Below, in pieces: positions 50,993-63,822 of a stretch of DNA of 64,000 bases. Within the stretch, counting starts at the first letter, position 1; every line of letters starts with the position of its first letter. Below the pieces are notes generated by a model. It saw only the letters and a list, made by a program, of their open reading frames with translations. It did not search any database and had not been told where the DNA came from. The translations under genes and the position numbers were made by a program. The DNA comes from Octopus bimaculoides (taxonomy: Eukaryota): NCBI RefSeq assembly GCF_001194135.2, contig NC_068983.1, positions 7,612,533 through 7,676,532 on the forward strand, written 5' to 3'.

Positions 50993-52456
50993 CCTTTCCT
51001 AGACATCACATGGTGGTTGTAAATGAACATCATCATCATAGAAGTAAGGTTCATTTCCAACCTTCCATGAAAAACATGCTCTAAATATGGGAAAGCATTA
51101 CCTTGCTTAGAAACCGGTGAGGGTTGACAACAGGAAGGGCATCCAGCCATAGAAAATCTACCTTTATAAATTTTGTCTGACCCAGGGAAGCATGGAAAAC
51201 GAGATGTTAAATTATGATGATCATGATATGAGTCCTTATGAGACTGTCACTTGGTTCTATGATACAAAATCCATATTTTAAAATGATATAAATAAAAATG
51301 CCTTCCATCAAAATTCTGTATTATACTCTAAACTGTATTTTAACAAGGACAAAGTTACTTTACTAAATTTGTCTTTAATTTTAAAATCAGTTAAAATAAA
51401 GGCAGCGTATTTCAACAGAAATATGGTGAAAAGAAAATGCTTAAAGAAACTTGCAATGCTAGGGTATGAATCAACTTGGTTAGCCAAACGACATCACCAA
51501 GCTGTGTTGCTATGTAACTTTACAAGTGTTCTTCATCCCCTTCATGTTGGTTTGAACAAAAGAAAACATTTCAGGCTGAATACCCTGCACTAGAATGTGC
51601 ATGATGCAACTAAAAACACCACTGAAAGTTGAGATGAAGACAATGAAATGATAGGCTGGTATTGATGGTATGTAAAAGTTAAATAAAAAAGAATGGATGG
51701 AAGAAATATTAGAATTACATGAATCAGATTCTGATGTGTGTGTGTGTTTTATTTTAAGCGATAAATGTGACATTGACCTTTTAAACTTGTGCTACAGTCC
51801 TTCGCTCAATAGCTTTTAAGCAAAAGTTATTGAATAAAAAGCAGGAACTGTGCCAGTTTTTTAGTGTTTTAGATGTTTTAGGAGTCTTTCTTTCTTGTTT
51901 TTATGCTTTATCTTTTCAAATCTGCAGTGAGATTATGTTAATATCATCACCCACAAAAATATATATATAACCATGGACTTTCCTGGGGAGCTACATTATA
52001 TAAGAGGATAAAATATATTATTGATTTTTAGTGACAAAAAGTAAAAGCAAATAGTGTGTGTGTGTGTGTGCGTGTATGCACGAGCATGTGTGAGTGTCAC
52101 TTGGTGCAGTTCATCCGTTCTTAAGTTCTGCGTTCAAATTCTGCCAAAGTCAACTTTGCCTTTCATGCTTTCAGGGTCAGTAAACTAATAGAGCAGGGGT
52201 CAATGTAACTGATTCACCCCTTTTCCCTAAAACTGATGGCTTTGTTCCAAAATTTGAAAGCAATATTAGTCCACAAGTTAATTATTTAGCCAATTAACTA
52301 ATGATTAACCATTCGGTCAGTCAATGTACTGCAAGCAGACCTGGAGTTGAGTGGGGTCAAGTCATTGATGAGGCTGTGAATAGCAATGAAAGGATTTTGA
52401 TGAACCTAACTGGTTGTTTGATTAATAAAGCAATTAGTTTCTTAGTTACTTGGTTA

Positions 52457-53030
52457 TGCCATGACAATGTGGCAAGAATGATCCATGGACTACAAAGAGC
52501 AAAGACATGGTCTGAGAAAACTCCAGAAGGTGTCACCGTAAATGAGAATTGCAAAATCCTGTGGGATGCAATGATCCAGTGCAATCACCTGACCAGATAT
52601 CGGAAACTGGACATCGCTGTGGTGAATAAAAAAGAAAGAACATGTATGATAAGCGACATAGCATGCCTCGGTGACAACAGGATTAATGAGAAAGAACAAG
52701 AAAAAATAAACAACTTTGACGATTTGAAGTGGGAAATACAAAGATTGTGGTCAATGAAGAGAGTAGATGTGATACCAATAGTAATTGGTGGACTTGGAAG
52801 TATTAGCACTCATCTACCAACATGGCTGAAAAAAGATTGGTGCAAGTGTGGAGGTAGAACACCTACAAAAATCAGAATTGCTTGGAACTACAAGAATTCT
52901 TGGCAGGGTTCTTAAAGCATGACCAGTAAAACAAGTGTCACCTTAGTCTGCTGGCTGTGGACAGCCGACACTTGCCATCATACCCAGCAAAATAAGCTGT
53001 GAGTTTTCATATAATAACAATAATAATAAT
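52457..53030 (+). mobile_element. 5'-truncated non-LTR retrotransposon 3' end with restriction-like endonuclease domain (R4/Dong-like)
   Basis: ORF 52301-52915 contains HDNVARMIH, ENCKILWD, RKLDIAVV, D..C.GD.RI.EKEQEKI..FDDLKWEIQRLW, VIPIVIGGLG. It is followed by a short 3' UTR and a (TAA)n tail. Confidence 0.85.
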
Positions 53031-53424
53031 GGTTTCTAATTTTGGCACAATGCCAGCAACTACAGGGAAACGAGTAAGTCAATATCATTGACCCGAATGC
53101 TTGGGTGGTATTTATTTTATTGATTATGATAAGCAAAGTCAAACTTTGCTGGAATTTGAACTAAGAACATAAAGCCAAGAGAAATTCTGCAAAACATTTT
53201 ATCTAGCACAGCAATAATTCTGCTAGCTCACTATCTCAAATTTTAAAGCAAACAGATAATTTTCTTATGGTCTCTTAAATATTCACTAGAACAAAACTGT
53301 ACAAATCCAAATATATGGTACCCTAGGCATAACACCTACATGAACTTCTAACTTGTTGTCTCTTGAGGTCTCTGGGTGAGACTTGGATCCAACTTGTACA
53401 AATGCAAAACAAAAGTCAAACATA

Positions 53425-53772
53425 AAATAATAATAATAATAATAATAATAATAATCCTTTCTACTGTAGGCACAAGGCCTAAAATTTGGGGGAAGGGATT
53501 AAGTCAATTACATTGACCCCAGTGCATAACTGGTGTTTATTCAATTGACACCGAAAGGATGAAAGGCAAAGTAAACCTCAACAATAATCCTTTCTACTAA
53601 AGGCACAAGGCCTGAAATTTTGGAGGAGGGGACCGGTCAATTATATAGATCCCAGTGTTTCACTGGTGCTTAATTTATCAACTCTGGCAGGATTTGAACT
53701 CAGAACGCAAAGACAGGCAAAATATCGCTAAGCATTTTGCCTGGTGTGCTAACAATTCTGCCAGTCACTGCT

Positions 53773-53828
<56 letters not shown>

Positions 53829-54012
53829 TCTTTCTACAAAAGGCACAAGGCCTGAAATTAGTGAGAAGGGAACCAGTCGATGTAATTGACCCCAGTGTTT
53901 CACTGATACTTAATTTATCAACCCCGGCGGAATTTGAACTCAGAATGTGAAGACAGACGAAATACCGCTTACCATTTCACCTGTCATGCTAACAATTCTG
54001 CCAGCTTACTGC

Positions 54013-54047
<35 letters not shown>
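53425..54047 (-). mobile_element. Second array of SINE family B copies in (TAA)n
   Basis: Three copies, the first truncated, separated by TAA tracts. Confidence 0.85.
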
Positions 54048-54048
<1 letters not shown>

Positions 54049-54095
54049 TGCCAGTGCTGCTGGACTGGCTCCTGTGCAGGTGGCACATAAAAAGC

Positions 54096-54733
54096 GGATC
54101 TTGTTCAAAACGGGGGCACCAGTTTTCATTTATGTTTTATGTAGTGTTTTTGGTACCGAAAAACTTTCAAACTTCGTATAGTTATCTATTTTGTGTTATA
54201 GAACAGAAAAAAATTTTTGTATTCAAATTTATTTCATGTAAAAAATTATCTTATTTTGATAATTTCTAGTAATCACTGATGTCTATTCAGTTGAAAACAG
54301 TTAGCGCTGTAACGGTGTATATCGTATTAATCCCCGTTAGTTCTGACATTTCAACCCTAACCCTAAAACTAACCCTAACTCTAGAATCCGAACTCTAAAG
54401 TTGTTACACANNNNNNNNNNNNNNNNNNNNNNNNNNNNNNNNNNNNNNNNNNNNNNNNNNNNNNNNNNNNNNNNNNNNNNNNNNNNNNNNNNNNNNNNNN
54501 NNNNNNNNNNNNNNNNNNNNNNNNNNNNNNNNNNNNNNNNNNNNNNNNNNNNNNNNNNNNNNNNNNNNNNNNNNNNNATACGACAACTTTAACATGAAAT
54601 AACTTGCGATGTACGTTTTTTTGTTAAGAAGACTAAGAGAAAAAGATGTTTTATATGACACATTCTACCAGTGTCCCAAGTTTCAAAGTGTTTCGTTAAG
54701 AAAATACTGGTGCCCCAGTTTTGAACAAGATCC
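54096..54733. mobile_element. MITE with ~28-bp GG-initiated TIRs, 8-bp TSD and internal CCCTAA-like repeats, nested in a family-C repeat
   Basis: TIR GGATCTTGTTCAAAAC(G/T)GGGGCACCAGT; TSD TAAAAAGC at 54088-95 and 54734-41; contains an N gap at 54411-54577. Confidence 0.85.
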
Positions 54734-55767
54734 TAAAAAGCACCATTTTGAATGTGGCCATTGCCAGTACTGTGTGTGATTGGCCCTCGTGCCAGTGGCA
54801 CGTAAAAGCACCCACTACACTCTCGGAGTGGTTGGCGTTAGGAAGGGCATCTAGCTGTAGAAACTCTGCCAGATCAGACTGGAGCCTGGTGCAGCCATCT
54901 TGTTTACCAGTCTTCAGTCAAATCGTCCAACCGATGCTAGCATGGAAAGCGGACTTTAAACGATGATGATGAATAATAATGATTTCATTTATTTGCCACA
55001 AGGGTGAAGGATGAGAGAGACAATACAGAGACAGACATAAAGTGTGGGGCTTTACAAAAAATAAATTGAGTTAAAAAAATTAAAATTAAGTATTCATGGT
55101 GTACACTGGAAAAGAAGGTACATGTGCATAACATACAAAGGTAAAAAAAAAAGGGGTGGGGTGGAAAAGGGATATAGAACCGATGTGTGCTTATTCTTGA
55201 CATAACAACTCTCCTGGGAGATAAGAAAAACTGTCGTTATTAAGCTGATGCTTGGAAAATAAATTAACAGAAAATTTAGCTGGAAGATTTTAATTTAAAC
55301 AAGAAGTTTGTACCATAGAACCAAGGGCAATCTCAGGCGGTACTGAAAGGGCTAAAACACAGCTTCCCTACTCAAATTAGAAATCAATACTTGTGTTCCT
55401 AATTATTGATGTATGTGGTTATGTTATTAAATATCTAAGCGGTAATCTTGATAAACTGGAGCTCTCAAAGAAAGTAACCAGCTTACACACACTTTAGGAT
55501 TACAATCTGTAAGCTGAAGAACGGTAAAAGTATGCCAAAATTCTTCTAAAATTCAACATGTAACTCTTCACTATTATTGTTGTTTAGATTCCAGCTTGGA
55601 AACCAGCCTTCTTCTTTATAACGGGAACTCTAATAATATAAAACAAGATCACACACACACATACTCAGGGTCTAGGCTTAGTCTCATTCAATGCTGATAG
55701 TTGCTGAAATTTTATTATTTTTAACAAATAAACACAAAAACAAAAAAGATGAGAATCATTTCTCTGT

Positions 55768-55808
<41 letters not shown>

Positions 55809-57328
55809 CTTAAGAGAGAATGCTTTTTGTGGGAATGTATATGTGAGAGAATAAGTGTTTGTGCAAAATGCATGTGAATATGTGATTATGCAAGTGTGAG
55901 AAAATGTCTGTGAGCATGTGAATGTGTGAGAATGTGTGTGAATGACTGTGTGTGTGTGTGAGCATGCAAGTGCTTACGTGTGAGCGTGTGCATGCATGTG
56001 AATGTGTCAATATGTGTTAATATCAAGTGACTCAATACAGAGTGGATTCTAGGAATTTGTGTCTTAGTGCTATTGGAGTCAATAATCTATGTCTCTGTAA
56101 GAGGGAGGTGGGGAATTATTGATGAATGGCCGGAGGTGGGGGTAGAGTGGCATCAGGAGATGATGTGTGATGTGGCAGGAAGAGGAAGGGGAGGAATATT
56201 GAGTTCTGCAAGGGGATGGATGGAGTCAGGGAAGACATACTGAGTAATGAATGGGAAAGGAAGGAGAGGCTTGAGAGAGAGAGAGAGAGAGAGAGAGAGT
56301 GAGAGAGAGAACAGGTAGGAGAGTGAGAAAGAGAAAGAATGCAAGATAGAGAGGAAGGGTGGTAAAAAGAAAATGACAGGAGGATGGAGTGAAAGGGAGA
56401 GGGAATGTAAGGATAGAGAAAAGAGAAAGAGAGAAGGAGTGTGTGAGAGAGAGGGAAAGATGGAGTTAACAAGAGAAAGAGGGAGGGATGATGGAGTTAG
56501 CAAGAGACAGAGAGAGAGAGAGTAAGATGTTTGGCTGGAGAAATAATGGAAAGACAGACATAAGTCTGAAGAGAACTCCAGAGAAGAACTGAGAAAGGGT
56601 TAAAATTATGAAAGGGTGTGTGTGGGGGGAACAAGAGAAAGCAAGAAAGTGTTATTTCTTTAATGCCCACAAGGGGCTACACACAGAGAGGACAAACAAG
56701 GACGGACAAACGGATTAAGTCGATTATACCGACCCCAGTGCATAACTGGTACTTATTTGATCGACCCCGAAAGAATGAAAGGCAAAGTCGACCTCGGCGG
56801 AATTTGAACTCAGAACATAACAGCAGACGAAATACCGCTAANNNNNNNNNNNNNNNNNNNNNNNNNNNNNNNNNNNNNNNNNNNNNNNNNNNNNNNNNNN
56901 NNNNNNNNNNNNNNNNNNNNNNNNNNNNNNNNNNNNNNNNNNNNNNNNNNNNNNNNNNNNNNNNNNNNNNNNNNNNNNNNNNNNNNNNNNNNNNNNNNNN
57001 NNNNNNNNNNNNNNNNNNNNNNNNNNNNNNNNNNNNNNNNNNNNNNNNNNNNNNNNNNNNNNNNNNNNNNNNNNNNNNNNNNNNNNNNNNNNNNNNNNNN
57101 NNNNNNNNNNNNNNNNNNNNNNNNNNNNNNNNNNNNNNNNNNNNNNNNNNNNNNNNNNNNNNNNNNNNNNNNNNNNNNNNNNNNNNNNNNNNNNNNNNNN
57201 NNNNNNNNNNNNNNNNNNNNNNNNNNNNTTGGAGTTCATAGATTTTTGATAAGTCTCAGGAAGTTGTTCAAAGAGTGCATTGTTACATTGTCCCTGTTTA
57301 CATATACACACTATGTATATGTATATAA

Positions 57329-57365
<37 letters not shown>

Positions 57366-58039
57366 CATACATACACATACACAAATATTCGTGTATATGT
57401 ACACACATATAATGTGTGTGTGTATAATCCTGTGTATATCAAATGTGTATATACTACTTAGGTACAATACCATTCTATACTACAGCTGGATCTTCCTAGA
57501 CAAGCCAAAGTCTGTGACTAGTAAACAGTGAATAACAAAATTCCAACACCTACGATCTCCAAACCAGTGAACTAAAACCTCTGTATGGTTACTCAACTAG
57601 AAATAACAATCAAATCTCCCCTCAAATTACACATTACAAGCTCCAGAAATGTAGGGACAGAAGAGCATTGGTTAATATAGTCCTAAGTACGTTAGATTAA
57701 TAACCAGTGTGATTAAGGCTGGATTACAGGTCAGCTCTTTTAGAACTAACCTTGGACTAAGCAAGGGCCAGTTTCATAATGTGAAGCTTCTGAGAAAGAA
57801 ATCTCCCACTAAGTAGGATGAGGATGTGTGCTGTTGTTTAACCCCAGGCTAGCTCTGATCCAGCAAACCTATCATATATGATTAAAGCATTTCAATCACA
57901 GCCATCCCATCTTGTTTTCAGATAATGTAATGTATTCAGGATTAAATATATTACCTGACATCATCTTTAATTGAGAGGAATTAGGTTGCTAATTCTTGTA
58001 GGTTGAGCAATCATCCAGAGGTCTTCTCATAGTCTAGAG

Positions 58040-58348
58040 CAGACCTGGCCAACTCGAATTACATTAGGAGCCACTTTAATCATAGAAAGTATTTTGAGGG
58101 CCGCTTGTTTACTGACAGAATTGAAAGCATTTTGCTTTCTCATACTATTATTACAATAATGAAGGAAGGATCGTTGATTCAACATGAAATATTATTGTTG
58201 CAAAAACAGTAGTATCTTTCTTTTTTCTTTTTCGTTACAATCTTTAATTTTTGATAAAATTTTTTAAATGTTTGTTTAAATAAACCCATTTCAAAAGAAT
58301 ATCAAGTGGACTACATGCAGCCTGCTGGCCTCAGGTTGGCCAGCCCTG
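58040..58348. mobile_element. hAT (Charlie-like) MITE A
   Basis: TIR CAGACCTGGCCAAC / GTTGGCCAGCCCTG; flanks GTCTAGAG and ATCTAGAA. Confidence 0.8.
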
Positions 58349-58356
58349 ATCTAGAA

Positions 58357-58616
58357 CAATGTTTCCCAATCTTTTTTTTTTTTTTTTTTTTTTTTTTTGC
58401 CTATGGACCTCTTTGATTCCTATTTTATTCCACCGAACCCCAACAGCCATTTGATATATATAAAAAAAGAATCATATTATATTTTCATAATTAAATATTA
58501 AGAATTGTATTAAAAAATTGTTAAAATACTTTTGGGTGTTGTAGAAATATGAGCAATTTTTTTGCAGATAAATTTTAACAACGAACTCTTATATGGACTC
58601 TGGTTGAGAACCTTTG
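58357..58616. mobile_element. hAT MITE B
   Basis: Degenerate TIR CAATGTTTCCCAA / TTGAGAACCTTTG; perfect 8-bp TSD ATCTAGAA (58349-56 / 58617-24). Confidence 0.8.
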
Positions 58617-60477
58617 ATCTAGAACTTGGTTGGGACTGGGTCATCATTATCGTCATTGTTTTAAAATCCTCTTTGCCTTGCTCACTCACATCAGTCAGGC
58701 AGTGTTTATTAAAGAAGATTTTCTGATGCCAGATGCCTTTCCTGTAGGCAAGCCTCACTTGTTCCCAAGTAAGATATTATTTTCCTGTGGCCAGATTTGT
58801 TTGCACAGAATACTGGAAATGAATGATACTGCTTATAGGACAGTGACACTTGTCTACAACAAGTGTTATCAAGACAGGGACACACACCCACACAAAGCTT
58901 TGGTTGACCTGGGGTTATAACAGAAGACATCTACCCAAGATGCCATGCCATTAGACTGAACATGTCTGTTACAAGGTAACTATTTCTAGGGAAATGTAAA
59001 TGAAGTTTGGCAATAAGACCTGATGATTAATTAAGCAGGTTTTACATGTTACAAGTAACATGTTGTGCATGTGTGTGTGTACACGCACAGACATGTGCAA
59101 TGGAATTATTTTAACAGGATGTGAAGAGTTAAATGAGGGAAGGACAACAGAATAATGTGGTTCAAGATAAACACTAAAGAAAGATGAAGTGATCAAAGCT
59201 GGGATGATTTTGACCATAAGTTTGGCTAGATCAGCGCTAATCTCAGGCAACACAATTTGATCACTGTCTGCAGGATCAAAACTAACCCAAGGCTGAACAA
59301 CAATGAGTTTCCAGTTAAAGGCTGGACTTGGTGGGGTCAAACTCCAACAACAAATCATACAGCAATAGTTTTCTTCCTTTTTTTTTTCTAAACACTAGTT
59401 ATAAATCAAGAACCTCAAAAGAAACAACTGGCATCTCTTCTTCACAAATATCGTCCTTGAATTCTTATAGGAAAAAAAAAATGTATCCCCTAACTTTAAA
59501 AAACAGTAACAAGTTTGTTGCTGGATATCAGCGACAAATGCCATCTATCATATTCACACAGAAGGCATTGGTCAGCCAAGGGCTATAGAAAAAAAGACAC
59601 TTGTCCGAGGTGCTACGTAGTGAAATTGAATCTGAAACTACAGGATTGTAAAGTGAGTTCCTTAACCCCACAGCTATGCCTAGCAACATACACCAGAAAG
59701 CAATTGGTCGTTCCTTTAATCAAACAACTGGAGTCCTCCTCATTGTTGAAACCGACATAATATCCATTTACATATCACAGTGGACATTGACCACAAACAG
59801 CTGCTGTAAACTGATCTTTCCAAACATCTCAAGTTCATCAATGAAGAGGAAGTGAACACGCGCATGAAGTAGATGCTACTCCCTCCCCTTCTTATCCGTT
59901 ATCTGTTATCAATACACCAGAAGGAGATCAGATTGTCTCCGAAACAGGGGGAGGTGAAGAATATTAAAAAGCAAAGCTTTACAAGTATACTGTTACACTA
60001 TCATTAAGTCAAAGGTTGTACATGAGGAAGTGGATGTGTTTGATCAGCAGATTGAAAACAAAAAGGAGAGAAAAAAAAACATTAAGAAAATAGACTGAAA
60101 TGGAGAAAACTAGACGGGGGGTGGTGGAATATTTTTCTGCTTTTCAATTACCTTTGCAGAGTTTTATATTGATAACACACATCAGTTATACACATAAGAG
60201 AGCTTCTATGTAGCCACTTAAGTAGACAAAAATAGTAGCTAAATGTGCATCAAATCACATCTAACTGTTCAAAAGATAGAAAATAAAGTCAGTCAAGATG
60301 ACCACAGCTAGAATGGTGCCTCTACATGACTATTTGACAAGCTAGAAACAGCAGCCAAATTTTCCCTCAAATAACACCCTAATAACATATTAGATAATGT
60401 AATCCTGGACATACTATCACTGAAATAAAGCTGACATTGTCACGGCTAGAGAGCCTGTGACTGTAGATTTTCTGTAC

Positions 60478-61521
60478 CAGGGATTGAACAAGGGCTGAAC
60501 AACAAAGAGGCAGGACGTCTTTAGCCCCAGGTCAGAGAAACAGGTGAAAAGAGAATGCGAGGCAGGGTGTGAGGAGATGTGAAGGTGGTGAGGGCATGTG
60601 AGATAGAGTTTGAAGGTACCAATGAGGGTATGTTAGGGTAGACGAAGTAATGGGACACTATGTGAGGGTGATAAAAGAGTGGAAAAGTGGTTGAGGGCAT
60701 CTGAGGTAAGCAATAAGTGGGAGACTCCTGTTAGCAATAGGTATATCATCATCATCATTTTAACATCTACTTTTTTATGCTTGCAAGGATCAGATGTAAG
60801 TGTATTTGGGACAGTTTTATTATTATTATTATTTTTTTTTTTTGTGGCTGGATACCCTTCCTGTCACTAACCCCACTTGTTCCCAAGGCAGATAATAATC
60901 CACCAGTCTATTGAACAACAAACATGTTTTGAGCAGAAAACTGGAAATAAATGGCACAGTATAAATGGGCTTTTGGGTCATAAAGATCATGCACCATGTC
61001 AAGACATGTTAAGAAGCCCAGATAAGCTTCCATGGTAAACTGCAAACAAACATTACAGTCAGAAAGCCATTGATTCTAAATGAGTGAGCACAAAAAAAAC
61101 AAAAACATGCTCACCAATATATACATAAATATGTATGTGCACGTGTATGTTTATATCATCATCATCATCATCATCGTTTAATATCCGCTTTCCATGCTAG
61201 CATGGGTTGGACGATTTGACTGAGAACTGGCGAACCAGATATATATGTATGTGTATATATATATATATTCATTCTTTTACTAGTTTCAGTCATTTGACTG
61301 CAGGCATGCTGGAGCACTGCCTTTAGTCGAACAAATCAACCCCAGGATTTATTCTTTGTAAGCCTAGTATTTATTCTATCGCTCTCTTTCACTGAACCAT
61401 TAAGTTACAGGGATGTAAACACACCAACACCAGCTGTCAAGCAATGGTGGGGGNNNNNNNNNNNNNNNNNNNNNNNNNNNNNNNNNNNNNNNNNNNNNNN
61501 NNNNNNNNNNNNNNNNNNNNN

Positions 61522-61558
<37 letters not shown>

Positions 61559-62755
61559 TATAATATGACAGGCTTCTTTCAGTTTCTGTCTACCAAATCC
61601 ACTCACAAGGCTTTGGTCAGCCTGAGGCTAGAGTAGAGGACACTTGCCCAAGGTGCCATGCATATAATATAATATGAAATTCACTGGTATATGTTAGCGA
61701 TTATTGTAGTTATATATAATATCAATATTGAAGGAAAAGAAAAGGGAGACAAAATGGATGTATGAATAATTTATTTATATGCCATAAAATGTGGGAAATT
61801 CCTTTTAAAAGACATAACAGTTCAAATAAACTGATTACACGTTGTAAAGCTGAAAATAAAAGCAAAGAACCTACATATATGATCAGAAATTCTAAGTATT
61901 TGATTAAATGCTAAGAAAGGTATCATATTCTAACTATATGGTGGTAGGACTTCTTCAGGGTTAATCATGAGCTTATAGAACTTAGGTTGTCATTTTTCCT
62001 TTGAAGGATGCATACAGAGTACTGTGTATGCATTCTTCATAGAGAAGATCTATGGTCAGGGATTGATCAAAGGCTAAGCAACAAAGAAACAGGCCAATTC
62101 AGAATGACCACAAACCTAGTTGTTCTTGCTGTTTAACCCCAGGTCAGAGAAACAGGTGAAATGAAAATGCGACGGGGTATATGAGGGAATGTGAGGCAGG
62201 ATGTGAAGAGATGTGAAAGTGGTGTGAGGGCATGCGATAGAGAGAGAGAGAGTTTGAGGGTGTGCTAGAGCAAACAAAGTAATGTGGCAGTATGTGAGGT
62301 TGATAAAGGAGTGTAAAGGTGGTTGTGGACATGCGAAGTTAGCAGTAAGTGGGACAATCCTGATAACAATGGGTATATCATCATCATTATTTTAATATCT
62401 ACTTTTCTATGCTTGCAAGGATCAGATGTGAATATTTAGGTCAGGGTTATATTTTTATTATTATTTTTTTTTGTGGCTGGATACCCTTCCTGTCACTAAC
62501 CCCACTTGCTCCTAAGGCAGATAATAATGCACCGGTCTATTGAACAACAAACAGCCCAGACACGTTTTATGCAGAGAACTGGAAACAAATGGTGCAGTAT
62601 GAATGGGCCATTTGGGTCATAAAGATCATGCACAATGTCAAGACATGTTAAGAAGCCCAGATAGGCTTCCATGGTAAACTGCAAACAAACATTACAGTCA
62701 GAAAACCATTGATTATAAATGAGCACAAAAAAACAAAAAAACAAACACACTCACC
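60478..62755 (+). repeat. Direct local duplication: 60478-61115 and 62057-62755
   Basis: Collinear blocks, including the same embedded repeat fragments and a 94-bp core with 92/94 identity. Confidence 0.9.
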
Positions 62756-62819
62756 TACATACACATGTATCCACATATACATACATATGTACATGTATGT
62801 GTGTGTGTGCATGTATGTA

Positions 62820-62852
<33 letters not shown>

Positions 62853-62853
<1 letters not shown>

Positions 62854-63110
62854 CTAGCAGAGATACCTAGCGTTGCCTGTGTTACATGCAATTGAAGAAT
62901 TAGACATTTCTGTTATATTTTCTGTAATGAGCTGGAATACCTATGATTCAAATTTCATCAAAATTGCAGATGAGGGTTCTTTCCCTCTTTACACACCCTA
63001 AAAAAATTCTAATCGTGACACATGTATCCCATACTAATGATCTTTATGTGCAGATTCCAAAATTCCAGTCTTATGGAACCTGTGAAAAGGATTTTGCTCC
63101 TGAAAAATGG
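62853..63110 (+). mobile_element. Possible non-autonomous Helitron/Helentron-like element
   Basis: Starts ACTAGCAGAGATACCTAGCGTTGCC right after (TA)n and contains AAATTTCATCAAAAT, as recalled for such elements. The 3' end is not defined. Confidence 0.4.
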
Positions 63111-63747
63111 AGGTCATGGAGCTCTAAAATGTGGGAGTTAAGGTCCCTATTGGAGGTGGGTGTCTTAATGTCAACCAGAGAAGTTGAATTGTTGAGAATC
63201 TCGGGTCTTATATGTATTGTTCGAATTTCTTTGAAATAGGAAATATATGTATGTTCACTAGATTTGTAAAAGAGAGCAAAGCTACAGGAAACCAAAATAT
63301 GAATGATCACAATAAGCAGTCAGCTACCCTACCCAAGTCGTTACTACTCCCCAGTGTAGGATTCCTCACCATACAGGTGATAGGCACAGCTGTAAGATGC
63401 ATTAGGGATCTATAGCAATTGGAAGGGCGTAACCCAACTGAAACATTAACAACTGTGTGACATGAGGGCTAAGGGGAAATGAAAGTGTCACCTCTGGAGT
63501 TTGTAAATGACCACTATACAGATAGGCAACTGGAGTGAATTTTGTAGACAGTGGTGTGAGGCTATAACAGAAGACACATGCCAAGTCACCACACAGTGGT
63601 ACTGAACCCAGGGCCATGTGTTTTGGAACCAAGTATCTTACCACACAGCCACACTGTGTGTGTGTATGGGTATATATATGTGCAGATACATATACATCTA
63701 TATACATACATGTATATATATAAATGTATATATATACATTTGTGCAG

Positions 63748-63822
<75 letters not shown>

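Noticed and set aside
52301-52915. 204-aa ORF as a host gene
   Set aside because: Motifs are those of a non-LTR retrotransposon RLE domain, and the first ~50 codons are read-in from flanking DNA.
54350-54385. True telomere or chromosome fusion site
   Set aside because: Only a few degenerate CCCTAA units, enclosed by TIRs and a TSD of a MITE.
1120-57473. Long ORFs of 150-360 aa in the track
   Set aside because: They are mostly X from N gaps or translations of (TA)n, (CA)n, (GTA)n and (TAA)n, and are not coding.
57478-57580. Kinase-like LLVTDFGLSR on the - strand
   Set aside because: A stop follows five codons later, there is no donor, and the DNA resembles a decayed family-C motif (GG..TAGGAAG..ATCCAGCTGTAG).
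59399-59460. + strand acceptor followed by INQEPQKKQLASLLHKYRP*
   Set aside because: Short, with no recognised homology and no upstream partner exons; could be chance.
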